DNA of 64,000 bases, taken from the IMG/VR virus record IMGVR_UViG_3300035182_001315; one strand, given 5' to 3'. The DNA comes from a virus. Taxonomy: Duplodnaviria > Caudoviricetes. Shown here piece by piece: positions 37,900 to 48,062 of the stretch (position 1 is its first letter; every line of letters begins with the position of its first letter). The position numbers were made by a program, and so were the translations under genes. A model generated the notes under the pieces. The model searched no databases and was not told the DNA's origin. It saw only the letters and a program-made list of their open reading frames with translations.

Positions 37900-39714
37900 T
37901 TATTTTACTCGCACGATAATATCAGAGGTTGGTTGCAAAATCTCAAACATTGTTGTTGGTTCACCGAACAACGTATATTCACCCAGTGTATCAATTTGTC
38001 TTGTTGCTTCGTCAACATATGGCTGAGAGATTTCATTCAATGAATAATTTCCACCCACCATGTTATAAACCCTCAGGTCGATAACGTTGAGAACACCAGC
38101 AACATTATTGATTGTTTCCAACAGGTTAGCCAAATAAACGTTCTGACCCATATCGAAATTAGCTATTGCCATGTAATTGGTTACTGCCGCAACTACCTGA
38201 CTGATTATTTGTGATTGTGGATACTTCTTGTCAATAAACAAATCAATCTGGAATGAAAGGTTAACGATACGACCGTTGGTAATTTCAACGTAATCATTAA
38301 GCATTCTGAAATCAGAAAGATAAGCTGCAATATTATCTCTAAGTGTTGATGTAGAGCTGTTGTTCAATTTTGAATCTGAATCCAAGCCCAATACATAAAC
38401 CTTAATCTTATTTTGTTCTTCGAACACACCTGTTCTGAATGGAACACCGAACTGCCCCGGCATGAGTGCAATTCTTGTTTGATAATCCTTGATTGTAACA
38501 CAACGATTCTGTGAAGAGAAGTTGTATCTCACAAGGTTTCTGATTTCTTCAACACTTGGTTCATCTCTGCCACCCAAAGCTGGAAGAGGGTTGTTAACAA
38601 CCAATGATGACTTAACAGCGTTATTCTTTGTATCATCAGAACCATTTACGGTCATGTTCAACAAACCTACGTTTGTTATGATTCCTTGTCCAAGGTTTGT
38701 ATCAGCACCGCCACCAACTCTGTACTTGATGAACATTGTTGTATTTGGTGTTGGGGTTACACCCAATGAAAGGTTATTGATGAAGTCACCGATTTGGTTA
38801 ACCAGTGTAGCATCAACATCGAAGTCAGTCAATGAGCCGGTATCTTGTGTACCACCACCCAATATAACTTTCTTGAAGCCTAAGTCAGTGAACTCAGTAA
38901 TGAAACGTTTATTAACTGTTATATATTTACCAGCTTTGATTGATGGGTTGTCAGAAGCTGTGTTGAAGTCTTCAATGAAAACCTTGTCTTCAGCCAATGC
39001 GTCTACTTCAAACCATCTGTTATCAAAATCCAAGAATTCTTCTGGTGTTGGGTCGGATACGAAATCAGTTCCCGGCAATGTGATTGCTGATTCAATTGAA
39101 AGAACGTTGTCATCAGGAAGAACGATTTCAAGGAAAGGCACAACATCTGTTGTTGTGAAAATCTTCTTGAAAATCTTGCTGAAGCCGTTAATAACCATTT
39201 CTCTTTTGGTAAGGGTATAGTTAATAAGGGTTCCGTTTGAATTGAAGTTAGGGATAATGAGACGGTTCGGGATACCGCCAAGAGTGAACGGTGATGAGAA
39301 GTCGATATCATATGATGTTTCGAAAATCTTACCGGCTCCGGTTACCTGAGCGCCAGCCTGAATAATAGGGGCGTAAGTAATATCGAATGTATCACCAAAT
39401 ACTGGAACTGTTACTGAGAAGTCAACAATGGTTACAGATGGGCGATTGCCGGGAATCTTAAGACCGAAGGTTCTGGCCATGGCCAATATTGAGCTTCTTT
39501 GCTGAGCGTAGTCGATTTGAGTTTCCTGAAACATACGGTCCGTGTTAAAGGAAAGCATATCACCCACCGCTGCATTCAACTCAAGTAGCATCATACCCAC
39601 AGAGGCATCGTTAAAGTCATTAAAGATGTCTGGGTAATACTGGCGGACAAAGTTAACCAAGTCGGTTCTGATGTCTGCGAAATTTCGTGAGGTATATTGT
39701 ACTAATTGTGCCAT
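37900..39714 (-). CDS. Baseplate wedge subunit (T4 gp6/gpJ-like)
   Basis: YTSRNFADIRTDL..DFNDASVGMMLLELNAAVGD..QET; YRVGGG; GG.DE; RCVTIKDY. Confidence 0.88.
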   Translation of the reverse strand: MAQLVQYTSRNFADIRTDLVNFVRQYYPDIFNDFNDASVGMMLLELNAAVGDMLSFNTDRMFQETQIDYAQQRSSILAMARTFGLKIPGNRPSVTIVDFSVTVPVFGDTFDITYAPIIQAGAQVTGAGKIFETSYDIDFSSPFTLGGIPNRLIIPNFNSNGTLINYTLTKREMVINGFSKIFKKIFTTTDVVPFLEIVLPDDNVLSIESAITLPGTDFVSDPTPEEFLDFDNRWFEVDALAEDKVFIEDFNTASDNPSIKAGKYITVNKRFITEFTDLGFKKVILGGGTQDTGSLTDFDVDATLVNQIGDFINNLSLGVTPTPNTTMFIKYRVGGGADTNLGQGIITNVGLLNMTVNGSDDTKNNAVKSSLVVNNPLPALGGRDEPSVEEIRNLVRYNFSSQNRCVTIKDYQTRIALMPGQFGVPFRTGVFEEQNKIKVYVLGLDSDSKLNNSSTSTLRDNIAAYLSDFRMLNDYVEITNGRIVNLSFQIDLFIDKKYPQSQIISQVVAAVTNYMAIANFDMGQNVYLANLLETINNVAGVLNVIDLRVYNMVGGNYSLNEISQPYVDEATRQIDTLGEYTLFGEPTTMFEILQPTSDIIVRVK

Positions 39715-39771
39715 GTTTGTTGTTTAATATAAGCTTTTATTTAGAAAATTAAATAGATGATACTGATGAGG

Positions 39772-40152
39772 TTATACCTTGATAACTACAAAATCCACTG
39801 TATCGAACACGTCATCGGTTACTATGTAGTCAACCCTGATTACCGCAGCATAGTCACTATCCTCTGATTGTGTTACAGTTATGTCCTTTATTGCAAGATG
39901 CGGAAGGTATTTTTTAACTGCATTGGTCACTTCTTCCTTGATATTTTCGAGGGTAAGATTATCGTTTGGTTCGAAAATGTATTTCAAAAGGTTTGTTCCG
40001 AAATCTGGATTATAAAGCCTCTGACCCTTTTTGCTCAGCAAAAGATGCATCAAATCGGCCTTGATTGCTCGCTGGTCGTCTGAATTTAGGTTCAAAAAGA
40101 ACCCTTTTGGACTGTTTTTGAAGGGAAAATCTATGTTTATATATCTTGACAT
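39772..40152 (-). CDS. gp25-like baseplate wedge protein
   Basis: IKADLMHLLLSKKGQRLYNPDFGTNLLKYIFEP signature. Confidence 0.9.
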   Translation of the reverse strand: MSRYINIDFPFKNSPKGFFLNLNSDDQRAIKADLMHLLLSKKGQRLYNPDFGTNLLKYIFEPNDNLTLENIKEEVTNAVKKYLPHLAIKDITVTQSEDSDYAAVIRVDYIVTDDVFDTVDFVVIKV

Positions 40153-40155
40153 ATT

Positions 40156-40881
40156 TTAATTTTTGAATATCCATTTGAAACCACCAGTGGTTGCTCGTTG
40201 GCCCTTGCATACCAGTGTTATATTACTTTCTTGTATTCTTAACATTTTAGCCGCTTCTCTACCACCAATCCACTCCTTTATAAAATTCCCGTTTAAATCT
40301 AATTGAATTACTGGCTTCCTTTTTTTATTTTTAGTTTCTTCAGTGTGTTTGAAACCAGTTGCGTTTCCTTTCTTTCCGAGTTTTGCTTTTGATTGTTTAT
40401 CCTTAGTAGCTTGGGATACTTCTACACCAAGTCTTGCTGATGGTAATCCGATATGGCTCAATGACATATTTTTCCTACTTTCTTCAGAATGTTTTCGACC
40501 GAGATTATATTTGTTCCCTAAATTCCTATTACTCAACCATTTACTAAAATTCTCATCACGTTTTAATGTTCCGCCGCCACCATTATTGGAATTCACCAGA
40601 GTAAACCCCCAACTTTTTACTAATGAAATCCAGAATTTTTCCAATAATTTATAGTCACAATTTTCTTCTAAAACTTCGTCCAGAATGATTTGTTGAATCT
40701 TATAGGAATTTTGAGAAATCCAAGATGTTCGTTTGTTCTTTGTGGGTGTGGCCTTAGCTTCAAATAAATGACTTTTTAATCGATTTTTTGGATTCCGTCT
40801 CGTTACTCCAATATATTTCAATACATTAGGTTCACTTTCAGAAACCAGAGCATAAATGTTTATGTACTTGCCATTGGCCAT
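40156..40881 (-). mobile_element. GIY-YIG homing endonuclease (NUMOD3/NUMOD1) apparently fused to the old gp25 N-terminus
   Basis: MANGKYINI|YALV...KYIGVT, RLKSH, LEKFWI and LVN motifs; HSEESR and HTEETK repeats. Confidence 0.88.
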
Positions 40882-40959
40882 ATTATCAGTTTAAGATAAA
40901 TATGGTAAGAAATTTTTTTTAGAAGTAAATGTAAATAAAAAAGGCCCTGAAAGGGGCCT

Positions 40960-41139
40960 CTATGGTTTTATGAATTCATCTCTGAGGGCTTTGGATACCT
41001 CTTCGTAGGTTTTGTCTTTGTTTTCAAGTACAAAGTTGAGTTGGTCTGGGTAACGCTTGGCCACCTTATCAGTATTCCCTTCTTGTACAAATAGATGAAA
41101 GGCTGTAAGCTTTCTCATCATTAACTCTTCTGCCTTCAT
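40960..41139 (-). CDS. Small hypothetical protein (MKAEELMMRK...)
   Basis: 59 aa, starts 4 nt after the corrected PAS stop; hairpin at about 40942-40959 follows. Confidence 0.55.
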   Translation of the reverse strand: MKAEELMMRKLTAFHLFVQEGNTDKVAKRYPDQLNFVLENKDKTYEEVSKALRDEFIKP

Positions 41140-41143
41140 CGGC

Positions 41144-41534
41144 TTAAATTGGCTCAGGTATCGCAATTCCGTAGTTTTTACCATTAATCCAAACTGATGC
41201 AAACCAGCGGATTTTTTATGTAATCACCATCTTTTGTTCTATATCTGTTTACAAACCCATCCAGCAGCGTCCCGGCTGGAATCTTGCTTACTTCAATCGT
41301 TTCAAGTAAATCATCTGGGTGTACAAAATACGTCCAAGGATGTGTGGTTAACTCTTCTGCCGTCCAACCAAATAATTTTGTCCACGCTGGGTTCACTTCG
41401 GTAAAAGTCCCCTTCACATCAGCGATACAAAACAAAACAGGTACAAGTTTAAAGAAAAAACTTAAATCTGTTTCTACATTCGTTAATTTGGCTGTTAATT
41501 CACGAATCTTATTTAGGTTGTCAGGCTTACTCAT
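41144..41534 (-). CDS. Stand-alone PAS-domain protein, frameshifted at an A6 run (41212-41217)
   Basis: FCIADVKGTFTEVNPAWTKLFGWTAEEL...FVHPDD...NRYRTKDGDY. Removing one A gives IKIRWFASVWINGKNYGIAIPEPI*, completing the PAS sheet. Confidence 0.8.
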
Positions 41535-41580
41535 AACAAAAACAAAGAATTTATAATAAATATCTCGTTTATAACATAAA

Positions 41581-41609
41581 AAAAGGATATACCTGTTTGT
41601 GGTATATCC
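41581..41609 (-). terminator. Intrinsic terminator after nrdA-C
   Basis: Perfect 9-bp stem GGATATACC/GGTATATCC, 7-nt loop, followed by a U-tract on the minus strand. Confidence 0.8.
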
Positions 41610-41618
41610 CCTTTCTTT

Positions 41619-42773
41619 TTAAGAGCTGCATCCGATACATTCGAACTGGCTATTTTCTGGTTTTTCTGGTTGTTTTTCCTGTAAATCGATTGCCAAATGC
41701 TTGGCTTTCATGTCAACTGCCTCACTTCTTAAATAATATTGCCCAGTTTTTAATCCAAGCTTCCATCCAAGCATGTGAGCTGTTGTAATTCTACTTACTG
41801 TTGGTGTTGAGAAGAAAATATTAAGACTTTGTGATTGGTCAATGAACGGCGCACGTTCTGCTGACATCTCAATAAGTGACTTCTGTGATATTTCCCAAAC
41901 AGTTTTATAAATTTCTTTCAATTCCTGAGAAATACCCGGTATGTTTTGAACACTACCGTTGTTTTTTATCAATTCCTTAAGCATTTCCTTGCTCCATAAT
42001 CCTTCTTTCTCCAATTCAGCAATCAAATACTTATTTACCATGGCAAATTCACCACCTGTTACCGCTCTTACATATAAGTTTGATGTAAAGGGTTCAAAGC
42101 ATTCGTTAGAACCAATGAGACGTGCGCTTGATGCTGTAGGCATGCCGGTTGTTACAAGTGAATTGTAAAGACCGTACTTCTTTATGCTCTTTGCAAGTGC
42201 TTTCCAATCCCACATTCCACTCAAGTCAGCCTCAGTAAGGCCCCACATGTTCCATTGGAATACACCTTGTGATATTGGTGAGCCTGAGAAGTTCTCATAT
42301 GTCTTACCAGTTTCCTTTGAAATCTGATTTGATTCAGATAGAGCATGGTAATAAATTGTTTCGTAAATATTTTTGTTGATAACTCTCGCTTCTGGTGAAG
42401 TAAAAGGCAATCTTAAGATTGCAAATACATCAGCCAAGCCCTGAACACCGATACCCAACGCTCTCTGCTGCTTTCCGCCAGCTTCACCTTCCGGTGTAGA
42501 GTATTCGTTAACGTCAATTGCAATGTTGAGGCTGCGAACAACTGCTCTTGTAACCTTACCTAACAATTCATAATCATATGTACCATCAGCCTTAAAGAAT
42601 TTCTGTACTGGGATTGAAGTTAGCGTACAGATAGCTGTTATGGTTGCTGAAGTATTCTCCATAATTTCAGAACAATTATGAACCAATATACCATTAGCAA
42701 AAAAATTATAATTATCTTCTACCGTAATATCATAGACATTTTTTCTTTCGTTCAATTTTTCTATTCTTAACAT
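41619..42773 (-). CDS. nrdA: Ribonucleotide reductase class Ia alpha, C-terminal half with IntC (33 aa, 42675-42773)
   Basis: MLRIEKL..VYDITVEDNYNFFANGILVHN/CSEI...; CTLTS, LGIGVQGLAD, MPTASSA, DQSQSLN, GQYYLR and C-terminal CIGCSS. Confidence 0.95.
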   Translation of the reverse strand: MLRIEKLNERKNVYDITVEDNYNFFANGILVHNCSEIMENTSATITAICTLTSIPVQKFFKADGTYDYELLGKVTRAVVRSLNIAIDVNEYSTPEGEAGGKQQRALGIGVQGLADVFAILRLPFTSPEARVINKNIYETIYYHALSESNQISKETGKTYENFSGSPISQGVFQWNMWGLTEADLSGMWDWKALAKSIKKYGLYNSLVTTGMPTASSARLIGSNECFEPFTSNLYVRAVTGGEFAMVNKYLIAELEKEGLWSKEMLKELIKNNGSVQNIPGISQELKEIYKTVWEISQKSLIEMSAERAPFIDQSQSLNIFFSTPTVSRITTAHMLGWKLGLKTGQYYLRSEAVDMKAKHLAIDLQEKQPEKPENSQFECIGCSS

Positions 42774-42778
42774 CTCTT

Positions 42779-43507
42779 TTAATTTTTAAATTTCCACTTA
42801 AATCCACCGGCAGCAATACCCGTTTTACAAGACCTACTAATACCGGATTTACATTTAATGTTATTTTTTTCAGCAGCCTCAACAACTGTTTTGTATGACT
42901 CTATTTCCTCACCGTTCAATGTCATTTTAATAACGCTCTTTGCCTTTGGATTATTTTCCCGTCTATTATTATCTGACATAAGCTTTCTCGTCTCCTCCCC
43001 GACTCTTCGACCCTTATTCCAATGAGTACCACTTATTTTAGCAATATGAGAGGGCCTCTTTTCTAATGGAAGACCGTACATATTATTATTTTTACCAGTT
43101 GCATTAAGCCTATATTTTTCTCTAATTTCTTCCTTACGGATATTGTTTGAAAAAGTATCTCCACCGAATCCACCAACGCATATATTAGTTAATATACCAG
43201 TTTTATTATAACGAAATCCCATTAGCGAAATGAGAAGTATTTCAATATCATAAGCCACGTTTTCCTGAAGATTATCAAGAACTTTTATAATTATTGGTTC
43301 AGCACCTGATGCAAGAATCTAATTAATTACATGTAATTTATATTGGTTATTGGTAACGTCTGGTTGTCCCTTTTTAATTACATTTAAATGCTTTAAATAA
43401 CGACCAGACTTTCCCTTTCCAATGTAAAAAGACTTAAATTCAAATACGTAATTTCCAAACTTATAACATCCCGGATATCTTGGGTCAAGGTATGCATAAA
43501 CATAAAA
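42779..43507 (-). pseudogene. Decayed GIY-YIG/NUMOD endonuclease between the nrdA halves
   Basis: Frame reads FYVYAYLDP...FYIGKGKSGRYLKH, with an in-frame TAG at 43319-43321 and no in-frame ATG before the motif. Confidence 0.85.
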
Positions 43508-43508
43508 A

Positions 43509-45098
43509 TTAAATAATTAATAAAATATCTTCGGGAACTAAATCCTTTGTGAAAACATATCCTCTATTTTTTGTGAAAACCTTATGGTCTCCAGTGCATA
43601 TTAACTCTTTTCCAGTTTCTTCATCAGTAACCCTATAAACTTCAGCGTCATTACCTGTTAATGCTCCATTAATTATTTTTTTGTATTCAGGTTTACCGGT
43701 ATGTTCGTTAAATCCTAATACCTCAATTGGTTCCATATTATACGCAACAACGTCTTTCCTGAAATATTCAACTGCCTCTTTTATTGTGGTTTTTTTATAA
43801 GTTTCACCGATTTTAACACTCATTTCAGTATTTTCATCGACACACAAGTTTGATGAGTGAATAACACCAAAGTTCTTCTGATTAGATTTTTTGTTTGCGT
43901 GGTCCTTAAAGCACATGTACGGCATGCCGGTTTCAATCTGTGATTCAAGAATCTTCAACCACAAGTCATGAGCTTTTATCTTTTTACCAATACCTAAAGC
44001 AACAGCCTTGTTGTATTCTTCTTCAAATTCTTCACCATAGATTTCGTAGAATGGCTTAAGGCCAGCCTTAGCAATATCGTATGGGCAGAACAAATGCCAG
44101 TCACTGTTGGTCTCTACAGCCCTCATGAAATTATCAGAAGTCCATAAAGCAGTAAAGAGGTCTCTTGCTCTAAGTGTGTCATCACCAGTTTTCTTTCTGA
44201 TATCCAAAATATCAAAAACATCTTTGTGCCATGGCTCAATATAAATTGCACATGACCCCGGCCTCTTACCCCTTTGGTTCCAAAAACGAAGGGCTTCGTT
44301 GATAATCTTTAGATATTTCAGAACACCACCGGCTTTACCATTGCTGGAGCCAACTGGAGATTCTTTAGAACGCATGTTAGATACAGCCAAGCCAATACCT
44401 TCAGCTTTTGATGATGAGATAGACAATCTGCTAAGCATACCCAATAACCCGTCAGTTGAATCGTCTGGGATAATGGAAAGGTTACAAGATGCAATCTGGG
44501 CAATCTTGGTACCGATGTTAAGCATGATTGGAGTGGCTGGGGAAATCATGTGGTTTGAAAGGTACTCATAGAATTCCTTAAATTCTTCAATTGTATTGGT
44601 CAGCATCAGGGCCACACGCACATACATGTGCTGAGGTCTTTCTGAGATAACTGAACCAATCTTAAGGAGATAGATATCCTTAAGTGAAGACCAACCGAAA
44701 TAGTCGAACCGGTAATCCTTTGAATAGTCGATTACCTGTTCAACAGTCTCATGATATTCCTTAACCTTGTTATAGTATACATCGGACAGTACACCGGCTT
44801 TATAGAGTTTCTTTGTGGCTTTCACGAAGGAATCTTCTGTTTCCTTATGAAGCTTACTGATTGCAATATTTGCTGCCAGTTTCGAGTAATCAGGGTGATT
44901 CATTGTCATTGACTCAGCGACGATAGAGATTAAATCATCTAACTCTCTGGTTGTCATATTATCAGCGATACCTTGTGCTACTTTGAGGAAAACGTCATCT
45001 GCATTTATCTTTAATCCTTTTGATTGAGTTTTAATTCTTAACAAAATCTTGTTTGGGTTGAAATCGATTTTGTCTCCGTTTCTTTTTACTATTTTCAT
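43509..45098 (-). CDS. nrdA: Ribonucleotide reductase class Ia alpha, N-terminal half with IntN (111 aa, 43512-43844)
   Basis: ATP cone, SPATP, ASCNL, QRGKRPGSCAIY and ETGMPY; SSNL/CVDENT...CTGDHKV...KDL then stop. Confidence 0.95.
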   Translation of the reverse strand: MKIVKRNGDKIDFNPNKILLRIKTQSKGLKINADDVFLKVAQGIADNMTTRELDDLISIVAESMTMNHPDYSKLAANIAISKLHKETEDSFVKATKKLYKAGVLSDVYYNKVKEYHETVEQVIDYSKDYRFDYFGWSSLKDIYLLKIGSVISERPQHMYVRVALMLTNTIEEFKEFYEYLSNHMISPATPIMLNIGTKIAQIASCNLSIIPDDSTDGLLGMLSRLSISSSKAEGIGLAVSNMRSKESPVGSSNGKAGGVLKYLKIINEALRFWNQRGKRPGSCAIYIEPWHKDVFDILDIRKKTGDDTLRARDLFTALWTSDNFMRAVETNSDWHLFCPYDIAKAGLKPFYEIYGEEFEEEYNKAVALGIGKKIKAHDLWLKILESQIETGMPYMCFKDHANKKSNQKNFGVIHSSNLCVDENTEMSVKIGETYKKTTIKEAVEYFRKDVVAYNMEPIEVLGFNEHTGKPEYKKIINGALTGNDAEVYRVTDEETGKELICTGDHKVFTKNRGYVFTKDLVPEDILLII

Positions 45099-45112
45099 TT
45101 TTCTTCTTTATT

Positions 45113-46066
45113 TTAAATATCCTCATCGAACGTAATCGCACCTGTTAAATCGGCAGCTTTGTACTCTGACGACCTGCCTTCAAAGAAGTTTTGTTTCGTC
45201 TTCAAAGCGATTTGATTCATGAAATCAAAGGGATTTTTTGAGTCAAAAACCTTGTCACATTTTAACTGAACTAACAGTTGGTCAGTCACATACTCAAGGT
45301 AAGTTTTCATCAATTCATTGTTCATTCCAATGAGTGAAACGGGTAATGATTCGGTAATAAATTCCTTCTCAATTTCTAATGCAGATAATAAAATTTCTTT
45401 TATTCTTTCTGGGGAAACTTTGTTAACAACGTAATCGTTATAGATGTGGATAGCAAAATCGCAATGCATCGCCTCATCCCTTGAGATGAATGCGTTACTC
45501 TTACAGAGCCCCGGCATCAAACCTCTTGACTTCAACCAGAAGATAGAACAAAAGCTACCGCTGAAGAAGATACCCTCAACTGCCACAAAAGCTAACAGTC
45601 GTTCGGCAAATGATTCGGATTTAATCCAGTCCAAGGCCCAAGTAGCTTTTTTCATTACTGGTGGCATAGTTTGGATAGCGTGGTAGCATTCATTCTTTTC
45701 AGCTGGGCTCTTGATATAGGTGTCAATGAGCATAGCGTAAACAAGGCTATGAATGTTTTCCATCATGATTTGAAAACCGTAAAAGAATCTTGCTTCAGGG
45801 TATTGCACTTCATTCATGAAGTTTACCGCAAGGTTTTCGTTAACGATACCATCGCTGGCTGCGAAAAACGAGAGGATGTTTTTAATGTAGTACTTCTCGT
45901 TTTCGGTAAGTTTGTTTTCCCAGTGGTCGATGTCTTGGCCAAGGTCGAGTTCTTTTTCTGTCCACATGGCCGCTTCTGCGTCTTTGTAATACTGCCAGAT
46001 ATCATGGTATTGTATCGGGAAGATTACGAACCTGTTAGGGTTCTCTACTAATATTGGTTCTGTCAT
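45113..46066 (-). CDS. nrdB: Ribonucleotide reductase class Ia beta subunit
   Basis: [31 protein letters not shown] and ISRDEAMH diiron motifs; NFFE..Y. Confidence 0.96.
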   Translation of the reverse strand: MTEPILVENPNRFVIFPIQYHDIWQYYKDAEAAMWTEKELDLGQDIDHWENKLTENEKYYIKNILSFFAASDGIVNENLAVNFMNEVQYPEARFFYGFQIMMENIHSLVYAMLIDTYIKSPAEKNECYHAIQTMPPVMKKATWALDWIKSESFAERLLAFVAVEGIFFSGSFCSIFWLKSRGLMPGLCKSNAFISRDEAMHCDFAIHIYNDYVVNKVSPERIKEILLSALEIEKEFITESLPVSLIGMNNELMKTYLEYVTDQLLVQLKCDKVFDSKNPFDFMNQIALKTKQNFFEGRSSEYKAADLTGAITFDEDI

Positions 46067-46068
46067 TT

Positions 46069-47529
46069 TTAATTGGTTAATGGTGTGATTTGTGGTGTAA
46101 TATCTGTTGGTACTGTAGCCATTGGGTTTCCTGCACCGGCCAAAGCTTCCTTGCGCTTACGAATAACATCAAGAATACCAGCTACATACTGCTTTTCTTC
46201 CTTCTCCTTGTCCTTGTTGTAGTTACCTGTGCTCTTCGCTTCGTTAGCACCCATGTTGATTTGGATGGTACCGTTGTTAAAAATAATGTCCTGTAAGATG
46301 ATACCGTCCTTGCCGAATCTTGACTTAAGAATGGCGATGGTTGCGGTACCGTTTTCCTTCTGGTCGAGAGTCTTCGCTATAGACAATACAAAGTGTCCAA
46401 TTTGGCCCTTCTTGATAGAACCGCCCATTTGGTCAGCTTCAACAACTTCGGCCTTTATTGAACTTCTATTGCCCTGTACAGCCGTCCAGCCAGCGATATC
46501 GAAATCGGCAAGCATTGCCTCAAATTGTCTCATAACACTACCTTCACCGGCATTAACATCATCAAACTTCTTTGATGGCACAACGCAGTCGATGTAGTCC
46601 AATAAGATAAGGTCTGGCTTAAAGCCTTCGGCAATTTGTTTTCTGATATACTGGCGAATCATTGGAATGGTTGTACCATCGCTAGAGAATTTCTTCAGCT
46701 TCAATACTCCCGGCTCTTCGTTCTTTCTGATTGCAAGCTCTTTCAACTCATCCCTATGAAGGGTCAATGAGTTTAAGTCATATCCAGACCAGCAAGCCAA
46801 ATGCTTCCTTTGAATAACCTTTGGCATGTCTTCAAAAAATATTTGAAGAACGTTATACCCAAGGTCCTTAGCGGTGTTACCAACCTTGGTCATGAATGTT
46901 GTTTTACCAACACCGAATGGGGCCAAGACAATAGCTAATTCCTGTTTAGATAAACCGCCGTCCATAATTTCATCTAATCCCTTGATTCCTGTTGGAATAG
47001 GCTTTCTGAAATCATCTGCAAGCACCGCTTCGATGTTATCGGTAATGTTGATTGCGTTGTCTTTATTGTCACCATGCTCCATAGCCTTTTTCAAGACTTC
47101 TTCGCAATAGTCGTATTGGCTTATATCACCTCTGTCAATAATTTTTTGAATTTCTTTGATTGCCTTGTTAAGCTCTTGTTGCTTACAAAATTTCATCGCC
47201 TTATCTTGGACAGCAAGACCATCATTAAAATTTACATCCTTGATGGCCTTTAACTGCTGAAGTGCATACTTTTGGTCAAACTCATTTGTTATCTTGTCTA
47301 ACAATCTGAATTCCAAGCTACCAATATCTGGTATGATGTTATATTCATTATACGCATCCTTGATTGTTGATACGATAATTTTAAGGCTTTGGTCTTCGAA
47401 GTAATTGGCATCTATAATCTCAACTATTGATTCAGCGAACTTCGTATCTACGAGTAATTGGGCTACCAATCTTAATTGGAAATCTGCACCCAAATACCCG
47501 AAACCATCTCTTTTAATTACTTTCGACAT
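46069..47529 (-). CDS. dnaB: DnaB/T4 gp41-like replicative helicase
   Basis: [30 protein letters not shown] and KSRFG. Confidence 0.92.
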   Translation of the reverse strand: MSKVIKRDGFGYLGADFQLRLVAQLLVDTKFAESIVEIIDANYFEDQSLKIIVSTIKDAYNEYNIIPDIGSLEFRLLDKITNEFDQKYALQQLKAIKDVNFNDGLAVQDKAMKFCKQQELNKAIKEIQKIIDRGDISQYDYCEEVLKKAMEHGDNKDNAINITDNIEAVLADDFRKPIPTGIKGLDEIMDGGLSKQELAIVLAPFGVGKTTFMTKVGNTAKDLGYNVLQIFFEDMPKVIQRKHLACWSGYDLNSLTLHRDELKELAIRKNEEPGVLKLKKFSSDGTTIPMIRQYIRKQIAEGFKPDLILLDYIDCVVPSKKFDDVNAGEGSVMRQFEAMLADFDIAGWTAVQGNRSSIKAEVVEADQMGGSIKKGQIGHFVLSIAKTLDQKENGTATIAILKSRFGKDGIILQDIIFNNGTIQINMGANEAKSTGNYNKDKEKEEKQYVAGILDVIRKRKEALAGAGNPMATVPTDITPQITPLTN

Positions 47530-47573
47530 ATTGTTTTAGGGGTTAAAAAAACTTTTAGGTATAATTAAATATC

Positions 47574-48062
47574 CTAAAGTTTGACATCGGCGAACTCAGT
47601 CGTATAATTATTTTGACTCAGCACGTACTTGATTTCAGACATGATGTTGGGAATCACTTCCTTAATGTTCACCTGATACCTTACCTGCTGTGGAAAATAA
47701 TTTCCACTGAAAGTACTTTGCGCCATTACTGCCTTATCTACCTTAATTTCGAAATCAAAGGTGTCTTCTTTTTCGAAGAGGTTTTTACCTTCCTCGAACT
47801 TCTGCTGGTAGCTGTTATGCGGATTGTAATACTTCCACATGTACTCCATAGCAACCTTCTTCAAGTACTTCGGGATGATACCCATATAAGCACCATTGTG
47901 CATACCCACTACTTTGTCCATTAATTCCTTAAGCTCTACAGAGCGCAGGGATTTTTCGTTAAAATCCTTAACACTGAAGGACCTTGAACAGATAATGTTC
48001 TTGTTAATGTAAAGGACGAATTCAAATCTCTGGTCTTCCACTTTCTTAGTCATTTGTTTCAT
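47574..48062 (-). CDS. Hypothetical protein
   Basis: 162-aa ORF overlapping the exonuclease gene. Confidence 0.7.
   Translation of the reverse strand: MKQMTKKVEDQRFEFVLYINKNIICSRSFSVKDFNEKSLRSVELKELMDKVVGMHNGAYMGIIPKYLKKVAMEYMWKYYNPHNSYQQKFEEGKNLFEKEDTFDFEIKVDKAVMAQSTFSGNYFPQQVRYQVNIKEVIPNIMSEIKYVLSQNNYTTEFADVKL

Noticed and set aside
12387-40881. Group I/II introns housing the endonucleases
   Set aside because: The ORFs fill almost the whole inserts, leaving no room for ribozyme cores, and the duplicated termini make splicing unnecessary.
43319-43321. In-frame TAG as a sign of alternative genetic code (TAG reassignment)
   Set aside because: I saw no other long gene interrupted by TAG. TAG terminates 37094-37852 and the 17358 remnant, and this ORF also lacks a start, so decay is simpler.
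43500-43520. Programmed +1 frameshift fusing IntN to the GIY-YIG frame
   Set aside because: ATT-TAA to TTT re-pairing is poor, and the downstream TAG would truncate the product anyway.
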